Shown: positions 1 to 13,595, counted from the stretch's first letter. The stretch is DNA of 64,000 nucleotides from Enoplolaimus lenunculus (GCA_030248215.1 JASANG010001204.1:186001-250000), one strand, 5' to 3'. Notes: generated by a model not told the origin, from the letters alone. Made by a program: numbers and translations.

Positions 1-988
1 CATCGAAACGGTAGGAAAATTCCTCTAACGCGATTCGCCCCAAAATAGTTCATCCCTGGGAAATTTTGTCCCCGGCAAAGCTATGTCTATGAACATTCGT
101 CTCCGATAAAGAAAGTTTAGTATAAACAGTGTAAAAATTCTCGAGCCCAAAAAGCTTCGATTCCAGCTATAGAGGTCGTTTGTACGTCGCCGTCCGTCAT
201 CGAATGGCATCGAACGCGAGTGCTTCGTTCGTATATGATAATGCGCGGTGACGGAAGGTGATGAGCGGTAACGCATGGTGAAGTACAGGTACGACGACAA
301 TAAAGAATTGTTAAATGAATATCTTCGCCCTAAGCTGTTCTTCAGTGTACACCTTCGAAACCTTTAGCGACTGGAAAAAATTAAACTGAATTGAGCGACC
401 GCCTCTTGCACCAGTTTTGATTTCGATTCCGAATTCGATGACAAAAATTAAATTGCAATTCCGATTGAATTTTACTGGAGTTTAACAAACTACCATATAG
501 TTTTTTAAGGAAATTGTATCACTTTGCCAGTTTGACTATGGAAAAGTCAAAAAACACTGAAAGTAAAATTTTTTAATAATCGAATTAAGATAAATTATAA
601 CGACAGCTCTTTAGGGTACATCGTCAACCCTATTATTGTTCTTTAAATTTTGTTTCGTTTTTACCATTCTCATGGCTTCTTTGCAACTGCGGGTGGGCAG
701 GCAAAAGTTATGCGACGCTATTTTTAATGTAATACAATATATGTGCCAGTTTGCTGACTGGAAAAATTATAAAGCAAGCTATTTTATCACAAAAAATTTA
801 TGACGGAGTTTGTGTACGACGTATTCAACTCCCTGTTGATCTGATAGTGCTTGTTTGAATAGATATTAATTTAACTTGATAGTATCCAATTGGTCGTGGT
901 AAACAGAATGGAAAAACAGTGCTTTGTGATTGATTTTTACAGGATTAGCACAGAAAAGCCAAACTGTTTATTAAACAACGGTTGCAGC

Positions 989-3900
989 ATGAGTTCCATA
1001 ATACTTATTAAACTGATAATTATACAGCTGTATTTTACTTGTTATGGTTCAATCGACGCACTGAGTTCAGAAAATTTAAGACCAATTGTAGGTAATTACA
1101 TATTAATATTAAACTGGAATTTGAACCTAAAGAGGTAATTTAATACAGCCGAATTGGTGCGAAGCAAATCTCGCGTTACTGTAATTGTTTTGTTTACTAA
1201 CGAAATTCTTGCGCATTGGAAAACGTGAGGACGATTTTTCCAATAATCAGGCGGGGTGACCTGAAAGTCTTCAAAAATGCCATATTCAAATATTGCCAGT
1301 TATTGATAGGCGTGAATGTTTAAGATATAGATTAACGCAACAAATCCACTCCAAATAAATAATCAAATATAGATTAGCAATCATTCAGTTGTTTCAGAAT
1401 TTTTTATTACGAAGCATACTTAACATAAATACTTTTGCAATAAGCTAGTATTATCTTTAAATTTGTTTTAATTGCACAGCAAACAGGGTCAAATTGAATA
1501 TCGGTTTCAGGCATAAATCGATCTTCGCTTCCGCCTTATAGAAATACCGCAAATTCCGTTCACGTTTAAATTCATAGTTAATTGTAAATCGCTTTAAAAC
1601 CAGTTAGTTTTTCATTATATATTCTGCAATTGCCCAATTTTAAACAAAAACGATAAAAATTCATCCAAAAATTGACAATTTTTGGCGTATGCGCTATTTT
1701 TTCCATAGAACGGCAAGTAAATATTTACGTACATATGTCCAATTTTAATTGCAGCAAATTTTGACATCTTTTAAACTTTATATACTTACTTAAAAATTTG
1801 ATCTTTCATTTTCTGTATTTTCATCACTATCCGTTTTCTTTTTCTTAATTTTACTACACCGTGGCCACAAGACTAATAAAAATAAAACACATTTAATTTA
1901 TTTCCAGGCATTTTATCTGTTGATGCTGATCCGCCGTATGAATCAAGTATTCCTTCGTCTTACGTGAAAATGATTGAAGCCGGTGGTGCTCAAGTGGTTC
2001 CGATTCTACTTAATTGGTCTGAAGAGGTGTGACGAATGGTTTAAGCGTTTCCATCGCAATAAGGGCACCATAAAACCTATCCTGGTTTAAAAAGCAATAA
2101 AAACCGACCTCTAAAATTGATTTATAATTAAGGGTTGCGCTATACTCGCTGCGCGTCGCCGAGGCGGCGTCCGGCTTAGTAAAGTATAGCACATCTTTTA
2201 CACTTGTGTTAATAAATATTATCCTTGAAACATTGTGAAACAAATTATTACGCGATATACTCAGTTTGAATAATTTTACAAATCAACAATTGGGTAAAAT
2301 TGAAAACAATTTTCGCGTTTGTTTTGAAGGCATCTTTTACCAGGTTTGGTTCACGACCAGAAACGAATATATATCAAAAAGAGATGATAGAAAATATCGC
2401 TTGCCAGACGAAGTACAATATTGACGAGCGAAAATGTTCAAACAAACATACAGTTTTTAATTTTGAGTATATATTTTTAGGAGCACAAAACATTATTTTC
2501 CTACATCAACGGAATACTTATACCAGGAGGACGTACGTTCATAATGTTTTGAGTTTGTTTCTGCCCATACAGGAATACAGTGACACTCGCCTTACTTTAT
2601 ATAGCTACTCATATCATAGTTCACTATTTATGCATCATCCACTATATTTTGCGTCCATGCTGTGGAAATAAAAACCCCCAAATCACGAGTAGTGAATGGA
2701 CGTTTTACATTTTTAATGTCAAGTCGCGTTTTGAAAATAAAATTTTTAAAATTTCAAATCAATTTCCTTTCTAACGTAAATTCGTAGTTTCCATTTACAT
2801 CGTGACATACATTATTTGAACACAATTTCCTAGTTGACCTTAGTTTTATTTTGCTGATTGTTAAACTGATGTTTACTGTAAACTTGGAAGTAGGAAATTG
2901 AATTTAATTTATAATTTGATTGTAGAGAATTGGAAATTTTAGACTGTAGATTAGTATTTGACCCCTGTTTTAAAACTCTGAAATGCAGTGGTTTGAATTC
3001 GACCCCTTAAATTATAGAACTATATAGAAGTATACTGACTGAAAATGGAGAAATAGATTAGATCTTAAACAAACATCACTTTTCGGTGTGTGGTCGAGCG
3101 CACATAGCGCAACGATTTGTGCATCAAAAGTTCAAAGAGGGAAGTGACCATGGGCATAAGCAACTCTAACTCTAGGGACGTGCCGTTTCCGGCTTAAGCT
3201 TATTAGAGTAGAATAACAACTTGAACTGACACTTCACGCGTAACTTTTTAATTCGGATAAACTTAGAATGAAAGTGATACTTAGCTTTATTCAATTGATT
3301 GGATTTGTTTAGGCTTAGGTATTAAACTAAGTGTCACGTTTAAGTTTAGTTTAACTTGTACTTTAGCTTACTTTAGCTGTGCTTCTCAGCTTTGTGCTTG
3401 ATTGACGCAGTTTTAATATTTGCAAGGTCGTCAGCAAAAAATATGTTTAGGAGGCACCGAATAATTTTGGTTCGCCCCTACAATTGCAACTCAAGATTGT
3501 TTACTTTTAGACCGAGTCAATTAGAGGAACCCCATCCAAATTTTGGGGGGCGGCGGCCAATGCCCACCCCGTGGGGACGCTCGTGAATATTTGTTCAGCG
3601 AAGTGAACAAAATTAACGTTCGGAAAGCTGGAAAACGCGAAATTAAAAAAATAAAACGTCGGATATTTGAAATAAAAAACTTAACCCATGTATACCCTCA
3701 GGGGCGGACCGTTTTTCGCAGGACTGTAATAGAGTAAATTTAAGCTTTAGACCACTTTTTTCTTAGGATTAGGCTTAAGCTTAGGTACAGGTTTATCTTT
3801 ACGCTTAGACTTAGAAACATACTTATACAACTGTTACGTCCCTAATCTTTACATTGGATGAAAATTGGCACGTAGATTTCTGTGTAAATATCCGGTAAGA

Positions 3901-6900
3901 ATTGCCGGACAGTTGCATAGAAGGGACAACTTGGGTATCACACCCTCACCATTCAAACTTTTGTACTGGCACTTTTAGACACGGTATCAGACAGGCCACT
4001 GAATTATAGGTTTATTTAAAATTAGTGGGTCGGCATATACAGTGATTTGCTTACCATTTTCAACCTTTATCGTGTCACTATAATACTATTCGGAGTTTTA
4101 CGACTCCATGAAAAAACGATTGTTGGTGTCGAACAACTAGTGTTACACAAATCTCGGTTGGACATTCAAATGGTTCCACAAGTCTCGGTGGGACCACCAA
4201 ATTTAACACTGCTAACTTAAATTCAATACCGTCAGCACTCTGGAGAACGACTTCCTAAGTTCGTGGTTGCCAAAGCAAGCACAAACTCTATACTTACCAT
4301 AAAAGTCGCATGATCAATAACTCTAAATAACTTAATTAAAGTTAAGCCCCGTGGTAGAAACAAATGTTTACATTTTCCAACGCACTAAAATTATCTTACA
4401 GGTCGTAAAATTGCTGATTCCTTGAAGAGCAAAACCCATTTGACACCCATTCCGTAAATATTGGGTAATTCAGTAAACCGTTTAAAACGTCAAAACAGCG
4501 CTAATTGATACCCCAAAAGTCTTGTAATAATCATCATATGAACCAACAACTTTTCGTTGAATCGGTAAATTACACAACTAAATGTTAAATATGACGAGAA
4601 ACTTAGGGAGTCCTTCCAGAAGAAAATTTGCTATGCTCCCAATAATACTTCAATTGTAAACTTCAACCAGTAGAGTACCTGGTCTGATACAAAAAATTCT
4701 CAATATCGAGTTCGACGTGAAGTTGCTGGATTGTATGAGGATTATTACGAGTATTTTGGTGTGTCAATTACCGCTATTTTGGTGTTTTAACCGGTCTAGT
4801 GATACCTAATATATATTTCCAGAATGGGTTTCAAGAGGGTTTTGCCCTTCAAGAAAGCAGTAATTTTTATGTTCTATGTTTGATTTCTGTTTTCTGAAGG
4901 AACTTGTTATATTGTATTGCGCGATCTAAGATATTTTTGAGGCATTGGAAAATTTAAACCTTTGTTTCCGCCATGGGGTTTGACTTTAAGATGTCTAGAT
5001 TTCTAGATCGTACGATTTGCATGGTAAGTATAGAAATTGCTCTTCCTTTGGAAACCACGAACATAGGATGTCGTTCTCCAGAGTGCTGACGGTATTGAAT
5101 TTAAACTCGCTGTGTTACACTAGTATTGTCCAGAAGGCTACTGTGTTACAGCTGGAAGCCCATCAACAGACAAAGTAACTAAAATCGCAGACATCTATTG
5201 GAATCTCGCGATTGAAGCAAACAACAACAACGACCATTTTCCAATCTGGGGCACATGCCTAGGTAATTTGTTAGCCATCTACCGTTATATATTCGAACAT
5301 TTTAGTTTGAAAAATAAACAACATAACGCTAAACATTGAACTTAAGCGAAATTGTGTTTCAGCTGAAAAAATAATGCAAGTGTTAGTATTTGCTGAAAAG
5401 CGTCCAAATGTTTCATCTACGATTCATTACGGTTTTTTAGAATTTAATATATTGAGCAACTGATTGGTTAAAATTGTATTGCTCTACAAACCATTCATTT
5501 GTCGTACAATTTCAGTAGTTTTTTCAATACTTACTGAATATATATTGCTGGCAAATAATGGACTACTTGAGGTTTTACCACTTCTTGTTCAGGTCGCTAG
5601 TGTACAAGTCCAACTAAACATGAATCTTCAAGATTTGAAAGAAAATATATGTACGCGCTCTATTTTTGAATTGGCAAAGTTGTCCAAACTAATATGACAT
5701 CCGTAGCGGAAGTGCTCAATAATAAACTTGAAGTATAATTTAAAGTTTTCTCGTTTACAGGTTTTGAAATCATAGCCTATCTTGGCGCTAACGGATCCGA
5801 TATTTTGTCGAATTGTACCGGCGCATTCGATCAACTGCTTCCTATCACACCTTCAGCTCAGTTTAACTCAAGTCGGTTATTTGGCAGCATGCCAGTTGTG
5901 CTTCAAAACGCCCTCATATACGATCCAATGGAACCAAATTTTCATCACTTTTGTCTTTCACCCGAGTCATTTGATGGTAACAATTTAACACGGATGTTCA
6001 AGTCACTTGCAACGTCAAAGGTGCCAAATGGAACACAATTTGTTGCTGCTGTTGAAGGTAAAACGTCAGTATTAGCATGCAGATGGAAATGAGACCGTAG
6101 AAATATTCACTGCAATCGAAAGTAAAATCCAATTGAAAGACTGTGCAACTGAATGGGGCCTCACCAATGCAAACTCATCGACACGAACCTCTCAAAGAAA
6201 TTAATTGAAACTGGACGACTCTACGACATAGACTTAAGATTGCTAATTTAGTATTATATCGTTTAACCTCAGCTAAACTAAAGCTACTTACTCGTGAACG
6301 TAATAATCGTAATCATAAATTTTAGCTTACAGCCTTTAGCCTATGCTATATTTAATATTAATAAGACATATCATAAACTCGACAAATGGCCGGCCATCAT
6401 TAAAGCTTTACAATTAGGATTATGCTTAGGCTTACGCTTAGTCCTCGGCAGCTGCCGAGCGACAAGTTGTCGTGTAACAGAGTTGTCTTCCATTCGTTGT
6501 TGTTCTCATAAAAATATAACATGTCTTAAGAGTAACATGGGACATTAAACTACATTGTAGCGCCGGTCCGTGTTACTTTAATGGGCGCCCAGGATTCTGG
6601 TGGGTCTATAAAAGAGTAGGTTTAGATTCTATATTACATTTTTTCATTAGCATTAGGGTTTAAGGCTTAGGCTTAGAAACTCATTTTTGCAACGCTTAGG
6701 CTTACGCTTAGCAATACGCTTAATCTACTGTTACGCCCCTTAAAGTAACATTGTCCGTAGCTCCTATCACCAGTTGACAATTAGTCTTGTAATCTTTCGA
6801 ACCAGTACATGATGAAGTTTGAAATTTAGCCCGTTTTTTAGATTTAAATTGCTCTACTTGTGAGCGAAATTATGAGATCCGCAACTGTTGCAGTTCGCAC

Positions 6901-7330
6901 GTTTGAAAACATATTTTTAGCGTGCAGTAGGTGTTTTACACAGTTGACAATACGACTCACTATTATAGCAATCAATTATCCGTTCTACGCCGTACAATGG
7001 CATCCAGAGAAGAACGTCTACGTCTGGGATAGATACATGAAATTAAACCGCGGAGATGCAGCGAACGCAGTGACGGCATATTTCGGTCGATTTTTGGTCA
7101 AAGAAGCAATGAAGTCGCGTCATAAGTTTCCGAATCCAACAATCGAAGACGAATATTTGATTTACAATTACTGCCCTCAATTTACTGGCCGAAACAATGG
7201 ATTTATCACGCAGGAGTACATATTTCCGGCGCAAAATATTGCCAAATCAACCCAAATTCAAACATTAACAAATATGGCACTCGTGGCATCTTGTGTTCTC
7301 GCTGCTTTTTGCCAGACTACAGTTTGGTAA
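989..7330 (+). CDS. GGH: Gamma-glutamyl hydrolase (peptidase C26), 6 exons, ~347 aa
   Basis: Phase-consistent GT-AG exons 989-1091, 1908-2026, 2481-2532, 5152-5262, 5761-6057, 6969-7330. Signal peptide [20 protein letters not shown], then [32 protein letters not shown], catalytic [20 protein letters not shown] and [12 protein letters not shown] motifs typical of GGH. Confidence 0.95.
4136..5124. mobile_element. Foldback-type element in GGH intron 3 with two nested pairs of inverted arms
   Basis: ~4205-4315 is the diverged reverse complement of ~5006-5116 (core aaattcaataccgtcagcactctggagaacgac). ~4407-4518 is the reverse complement of ~4755-4868. Outer ends actagtgttacaca / tgtgttacactagt. 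Confidence 0.75.
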
Positions 7331-7392
7331 AGAAACGAAAATTCTATTAACAAGGGGTCCAATAGCACGAATAGAGTCGTAAGTGTTGCGCA

Positions 7393-7649
7393 CTGTAATG
7401 ACCCGAATAAGAGAACTGATATTTAATGGCCTCTCGAAAGGGTACTCACCTGTTGTTCTGTCACGGACTGTAATTTATTTTTAACCCTCGCTCAGCCACC
7501 CTTCGTTACTGATATATATCCGGTACTGCCATTATCCGTTGAATTAAACGTTTATTTGTCTTGTTCTTATTAGTGATACGGACTCCTATTGCTTGGAACT
7601 CAAAATGCTGACCCCCTCTTATTACCCCCTTCTTATTTGGGTCCTACAG
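7393..7649. mobile_element. MITE family A (CTGTAGTGACCCGAATAAGAG TIR), internally deleted copy
   Basis: TIRs ctgtaatgacccgaataag / cttatttgggtcctacag; internal sequence shared with the other family A copies. Confidence 0.8.
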
Positions 7650-8976
7650 TAGGCGTATTTCTAAGCCAAGATTCAGACAAAGGATTAATCCAAAACTAAA
7701 CCTAATCTTAAGCAACAACTTTAGTCTACAAATTATTAACCTACTCTATTGCAGTCTCGCAGCAAAACGGGACGCCCATAACGATAGGTCAAAAGGGATA
7801 TTTTAGTAGACACTGTGCCAAAACAAAAAAGCCAATATCAAATTACTGCAAAATAATTGAAGAAGATGACGTTTTAAAATTACCTTAACCTTTGCGAACA
7901 GGCTGACGAAGTTTGAGGTCGTTGTTCCGAAATCCCACCCGAAAGATGACATCATTGACTATAAAAACACATTTCCCTATTTTGCTGGACTTTGATGATA
8001 AAGGTGTCGGCTTAGGCAAAACCTTAGATTTATAAGCTTAACCTTTACAACAGAACGCAAGCCTTTAATGCGGTGTATTTCCATGTATCAAAAATTAGTA
8101 ACATATTTTAAATGTTGTCCAATATAATTGTGTCTATGATATTTTAAGGAAGCATATTTGTTTGTTCGGTATAGGTGGCAAAGGTCTGTTTTTCCCTGGA
8201 GGTACTTGAATGTAAGGAACACCTTTAATTCGGATTCGGCGTAGCGATAGTGCTTTCCATTGATTAAGCTTGTTTCGAGATTGTGGCAATGTACCTTGGC
8301 GTTGCTCAGAAATATCGCTGGTGTTTGGTTGCATAGAAGGGCATGAACGACTTTCGGTAGTTTTCGTGCTAAGCGGGTTATTAACTGCCGATGCTCCGTT
8401 TTCTGCAGAGACCGCAACAGCAGCTGTTAAATTAGCTTGAGTTGTTTGTGGCTTTGAGACCGAAACAGCAGTTGTCAGATTAGCTTGAGCAGTTTGTGGC
8501 TTTGGACCTATAATTAAACCTTTTTAAATTTGTTGTAATTTTTCATTTTTATTAAATTCGGCGCCCATATTCTCAAATGTGTGTCGCAGCTATCATCAGT
8601 TGGCGATAAGACCGATAACTTCTGAAGCAAACAAGTGGTGGACATTAAAATTATGCTCATGTATATATTACTTATAACTTGTTTATACCTCTATGGTTAT
8701 TTTAAGATTCGCAGCTGATGTAGTTCGTACGTTTGAAAACCTAATAACAACTTGCGTTTTAGGTGTTTACACATTGAGACGTACATTTTATATTGCTGAT
8801 ATTTATCTTTTTTCCTCCAATCCAGGACAAACTATAATAATAATACTAAACTATGATTATAAATTGGACGTCTCAAATACCCGGGTTAGCGTGTATGGTT
8901 TACATCCATTGGTTATGTATATACACAAAGTAAACCTAAAGATTAACCCTTTTATGTATTATTATTTTATTTTATA

Positions 8977-9386
8977 CTGTATTGACCCGAATAAGAGGGG
9001 GTCCCCATTTTGAGTCCAAATCAATAGGAGAGACCGTAAGCGGATAGAGTCCCTAAACCCTAATTAGAGTTCATAAATGTCAATTAGCCCTTAATTTTAG
9101 CGCATAAATGACTCCACGACCAAATCATTTGAGTTCGAAACTTTAAAGCGTATAAATTTTGAAAGTACATTCATAATTATTACCTTGTATTATCGCTCAA
9201 GCTATTGACACAAGAGAAATAAATGTTCAATTCAACGGATAATTGCAGTACCGGATATATATCAGTAACGATGGGTGTCGGAGCGTGGGTTAAAAATAAA
9301 TAAAAGTCCGTAACCGAATAACAAGGGGGGTAGCCTCTGGAGAGGCCAAATAAATATCAGTCCCCCTCTTATTCGGGTCAATACAG
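8977..9386. mobile_element. MITE family A (TA-flanked, Tc1/mariner-pogo-like)
   Basis: ta|ctgtattgacccgaataagagggg ... ccctcttattcgggtcaatacag|ta. Confidence 0.9.
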
Positions 9387-9542
9387 TAAGCATCTAACTT
9401 CAAGCTAAAATTCCAACCCATATGCTTTTGGTTGGAGGCATTTGGCATCGGCCATCAGTTATATTGACTTACAAACCACCGCTATCAGAACTACAAAGCA
9501 GGAAATGGTGAACCATATATTGAAACAACCATAAACACTGAG

Positions 9543-11797
9543 TTATGCATTCAACATACCAGCGTTAATACGTTCTTCTGCTTCGAATATGGCTTTTAAT
9601 CTTTCCAAAGACTCTGCGTATTTATTCGCTCCAGCGTTTGGAACTGGAGCTGGTGATAACGCTTGTTTATTATCACCACAACATTTTAAGGCAGATATTG
9701 GCGTTGCGTTTTCTGGTTGAACTGCAAAAATATTTTATTTGAGAAAAAAAGCGGTTTTTTTCTCGTTTGACACAATTCGAAGACACAATTGGCCCATGTA
9801 TAGAACAGGGCCAGATCGTTTTCCGGAGCTGCTGTAACAGGGTCAGTTTAAGCTTTAGACTAAATGTTTTGCTTAGGCTTATGCTTAGGCTTAGGAATAT
9901 GCTTTATATACTACTGTTCCGGCCCTGTCCTATACATGGAAATGAAGCTTCTGCGTTCAAAGACAAAATGTATTCATATGGCACAGTATCTCACTGTGTG
10001 CAGTGTTTAACTATACGTTTGCAGGCGCGGCTCTTCTACACTTCCCCTACAAGGGTAGACTCAGGCTTAGGTTTAGAAAAACGCTTGCCTAAATCTCAAG
10101 CCTGAGCTAAAACCTTTGCCTTAGCCTTTGCCTAAGCCGTAACTTTTCATGTGGTAAAAGTGTGGAATAAGTAATTTATGTTTTGGTGCCTAATTTGTGA
10201 TACGCTGTTGCAAAATTTACCTTGAGGTAAAAAATAAATGTTTCGCTCACCTTTGGACTCCTCAGCGTCTGTAGAACTTTTGGAGTTTTTTACTGCCCTA
10301 AAATGAAGCATATATTTATGTGTACTGTAGTGACCCAAATAAGAGGGGGCTGATATTTTTTGGCCTCTCAAGAGGGTACCCCCTGATGTTCGGTTGCGGA
10401 CTCACTTAGGGTTCGTGGACCCTTTCCGCTTATGGACTGCGATGCGGACTCCTATTGATTGGGACTCAAAATGGGACCCCCTCTTATTACCCCTCTTATT
10501 TGGCTCACTACAGTATATATGAGCAGAGTCCTAAATCATAAAAATTCTCTGAGTAATGATTGTGTCACTGATTGTTTCAATGAAAGGATAAAGATAAAGA
10601 AGAGTGCCAACTTGCGATTCGAGTCACCAATTGTTATCTATCTGCATTTATTTCACATCAGTTTGCAGTAAATTGCTCACATTACAATCTGCGCAGAAAA
10701 TTGTTGATTGCATTAATAGGATGATGATTTTTCATTTAAATTTCATGAATATTTTTCAAATTTTTGGGAATTATGATATGCCACCTACCTCTTCTTCAGC
10801 ATTACCACAATAATAATAGCAGCTATTATAATCGCCAAGACTCCGACAAGTCCAACAGACAACGTAACAATTTTCCAAACTGGCCATTGCGCACCTAAAA
10901 AATTTAATGTTAATGTATTAATTTTATAATTAGTACATCTCACAAACCGTATCCTGTGTTTAAAAAAATCAATACACTTTACTGACAAGTACATACAGAT
11001 ATTTCGCTAAAAATACATTAGCACACGGATTTATGAAAACTGTGATCGCTAATAGAATTATAGTTTTACGATATCTCACCTTGATCCCCAAAACTGCATA
11101 GTGTAGCGTTATTTTTCACCAGCTTCGTTCCGTTGGCACAAATGTCATTTAAACTGGCGTTATTAGCTAAATCATTAATTTGAGTTATTAAGTTTTTATT
11201 TTTGATTTTGGTTTTGCCCGAACCTTTAGCATTAATAGTCACTGACGGTAAAGTCGAATTGTCACTGAAGTTGGAAGTGTTTTCCAGAAAAGTGTTATTT
11301 AGAATTGTGTTAAAAGTTACGTTAAACGGTGTTAACGTGGTCTGTACAGCTTCGGGTGTCCAGATGGATAGATTAATTGCCGAAAATTGTACGTGATCCG
11401 AATCGGAGGAGTTAGTTGTATGATTTGAACTAATTGACTGATTAGTTGATGCAGTTGTATCAAAATAAGGTTCTAAGGTTGTGTTCCATGCTTCTTCCGA
11501 AGACAGAGAACCAATAGCAGAAGAGTTTATGATCGTTGAGTCGTTGTAAGCGGTTGTTAAATTCAACAGAATGTCTTCGTTCAAATTGGCCACGCTCGTT
11601 CCATGCTCTTCGTTAGGATCTCTTGCGGAGCTTTGGTTAATTGGCGGCGTGAAATTTAAAGCATCAGATAGTTCAGTGTGATTGGTTTGTGGCTGGTACG
11701 TAACATTTGTAAAATTATTTCGAATAGGCGTACTAAATACGGACGAGTTGGTTGCCATAGTAGTAGAAATTACTACTTTACTTTGGATTGAATTCAT
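9543..11797 (-). CDS. Mucin-like, heavily N-glycosylated single-pass membrane protein, 4 exons, ~349 aa
   Basis: Phase-consistent exons 11797-11080, 10894-10789, 10297-10251, 9721-9543. Ser/Thr/Asn-rich ectodomain with about 20 N-x-S/T sequons, TM helix WKIVTLSVGLVGVLAIIIAAIIIVVML, stop-transfer KKR, then a short cytoplasmic tail. In-frame stop just upstream of ATG 11797. Confidence 0.8.
9791..9939. mobile_element. MITE family B with internal degenerate TTAGGC repeats
   Basis: TIR ccatgtatagaacagggcc / ggccctgtcctatacatgg around gcttaggcttatgcttaggcttagg. Related copies at ~3684-3857, ~6565-6755, ~34660-34930, ~38062-38208, ~48006-48211, ~56071-56258. Confidence 0.8.
10325..10513. mobile_element. 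MITE family A, short copy in mucin-like gene intron
   Basis: ta|ctgtagtgacccaaataagaggg ... cctcttatttggctcactacag|ta. Confidence 0.85.
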
Positions 11798-12012
11798 GAG
11801 ATTATAGAAGTAGTTACTTGGATGTCTTCATGATGACTCTGTTTTTAACACAGTTTTTGTTTTATGTTTGAAGAACCTAAAAATACCTTTACTTTCAATA
11901 TTAATGAATTACGGTACCTTTAAAGTTACATGAAAGATCCAAAAACCCGCCATAATTTCAGTATTCAATGTAGTTGTTACATATTGTGAACGATAAAACT
12001 TCAATTCAAATA

Positions 12013-12376
12013 CTGTAGTGACCCGAATAAAAGGGTAGACTGATGTTTATTTAACGTCTCCAGAGGGTACCTGCCATTGTTATTCGATTACAGACTGTTA
12101 TTTATTAACCCAAAAGCTTGAGCGATAATGCATGGTTATACTTAGGAATGTACTTTAAAAAGTTAAGTATGCATTAAAGTTTGGTACTCAACTTTATTTG
12201 GCCTGGAGATCTTTATGCGCCACAATTAGGGGCAATTGACATTTATGGACTCCAATAGGCTTTAGGAACTCTATCCGCTTACGGACTCTTATTAGGGATA
12301 CGGACTCCTATTGTTTTTGACACAAAATAGGGACCGTCTCTTAATATAGCGCTCCTTCTTATTCGGATAACTACAG
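12013..12376. mobile_element. MITE family A
   Basis: ta|ctgtagtgacccgaataa ... ttattcggataactacag|ta; internal homology to other copies. Confidence 0.85.
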
Positions 12377-13329
12377 TAATCCAATTTTGTGGCGATTACG
12401 CAATGTAAGGACCGCTAAAATTTAACGTTATTTGCAATTTTTTTCTACTGTCGCGACCCGAATAACACGGCCTTCATTTACAGTCCCAATCAATACGAGT
12501 CAGTGTCCCTAAAAAGAGAAGAATATCCTAGATTGCTCAAAAATGTAAACCATCCTCAGACAACAAGCATAAACATTATTTAATCCAGAAAAAAGGATTA
12601 CATACTTTGGTTTTTATCAATTATATCTCAGGCAAGGTGCAACCAGAATTCCAGGTTCCGGTAGAGAAGTCCAGTATTCTGAGCACTAAAAGTTTAAAAT
12701 TAACATATATATTATTAATTTGTAATATTATTTTTCTCGCTTGCAAACTAATTTTAGTTTTGGTTCCGGTATTTTGGTTGTTTTCCGGTACAAAGAGGAA
12801 TTTCGTATTTCCGATGGTATCCTAGTGGCAGATTTTAAGAAAATAATGTTAATCAACAGTTTGTGGAAACCGAATAGTATACATTACAGTAGTAGTATCT
12901 TTGTATACAAAGAAATTTTCCGAATAGAAATGATTTCAAGTACAATTGTTCGCAATTCATTAACTATGGCTATTTAGATTCAACATATCAAAGTCAAAAA
13001 TGCGTTAAATTCTTGTCATGCTTACTGACGTCTAAACAACAATATATCGCTAAATCAAAACAAAACATTATCGATGATCTTTATTAAAAATCACGAACAA
13101 AAATTAAACATTCGCGGAAACAATCAAGAAATTTCTTTTGACTCTTAATATTAATTATACAGGGTTGTATAACTGGGTTAAACCTCATTTAAAGAAACCT
13201 TACAATACAAAATTTGAGCATAAATTGAAAGTTTTAATTACTCACATTATTTAACCACAAAACTGACGCAATTGAAGCAGCCCCTAACACATTGACGGTC
13301 TTGTCAATCAATATAGGCCCGCATAATAA

Positions 13330-13595
13330 AGGTTTCGCTATATGTTTTTGACGTGCGGCGCCGTCCGTCACCCGCACGGCACCATCCGGTGCCGTCCGTC
13401 ACCCATACGGCACCATCCGGTGCCGTCCGTCATCCGTACGGCGCCGTCCATCACCGTGCGGTTGTCGTACGCAAATAACTCACGTACGATAACGTATGGT
13501 GAAGGACGGTTACGGACGGCGCCGTACGGCGGCTGACGGACGGTGACGGACGGCACTGGACGGCGCCGGACGACAAGTAGGTATAGCGCAACTTT
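13330..13595. mobile_element. GC-rich MITE with ccgtccgtca/ggcgccgt internal repeats
   Basis: TIR aaggtttcgctata / tatagcgcaacttt; internal foldback. Related sequence at ~2130-2195, ~49910-50160 and ~63870-63975. Confidence 0.75.

Noticed and set aside
1..371. Minus-strand coding exon (ORF 25-300)
   Set aside because: A good acceptor lies at ~371 and an ATG at ~53 runs off the edge, so it may be a 5' region of a neighbouring gene, but no recognisable protein supports a call.
8088..8510. ORF 8088-8417 and adjacent two-copy ~48-bp repeat
   Set aside because: No recognisable domain or splice structure; likely a decayed repeat.
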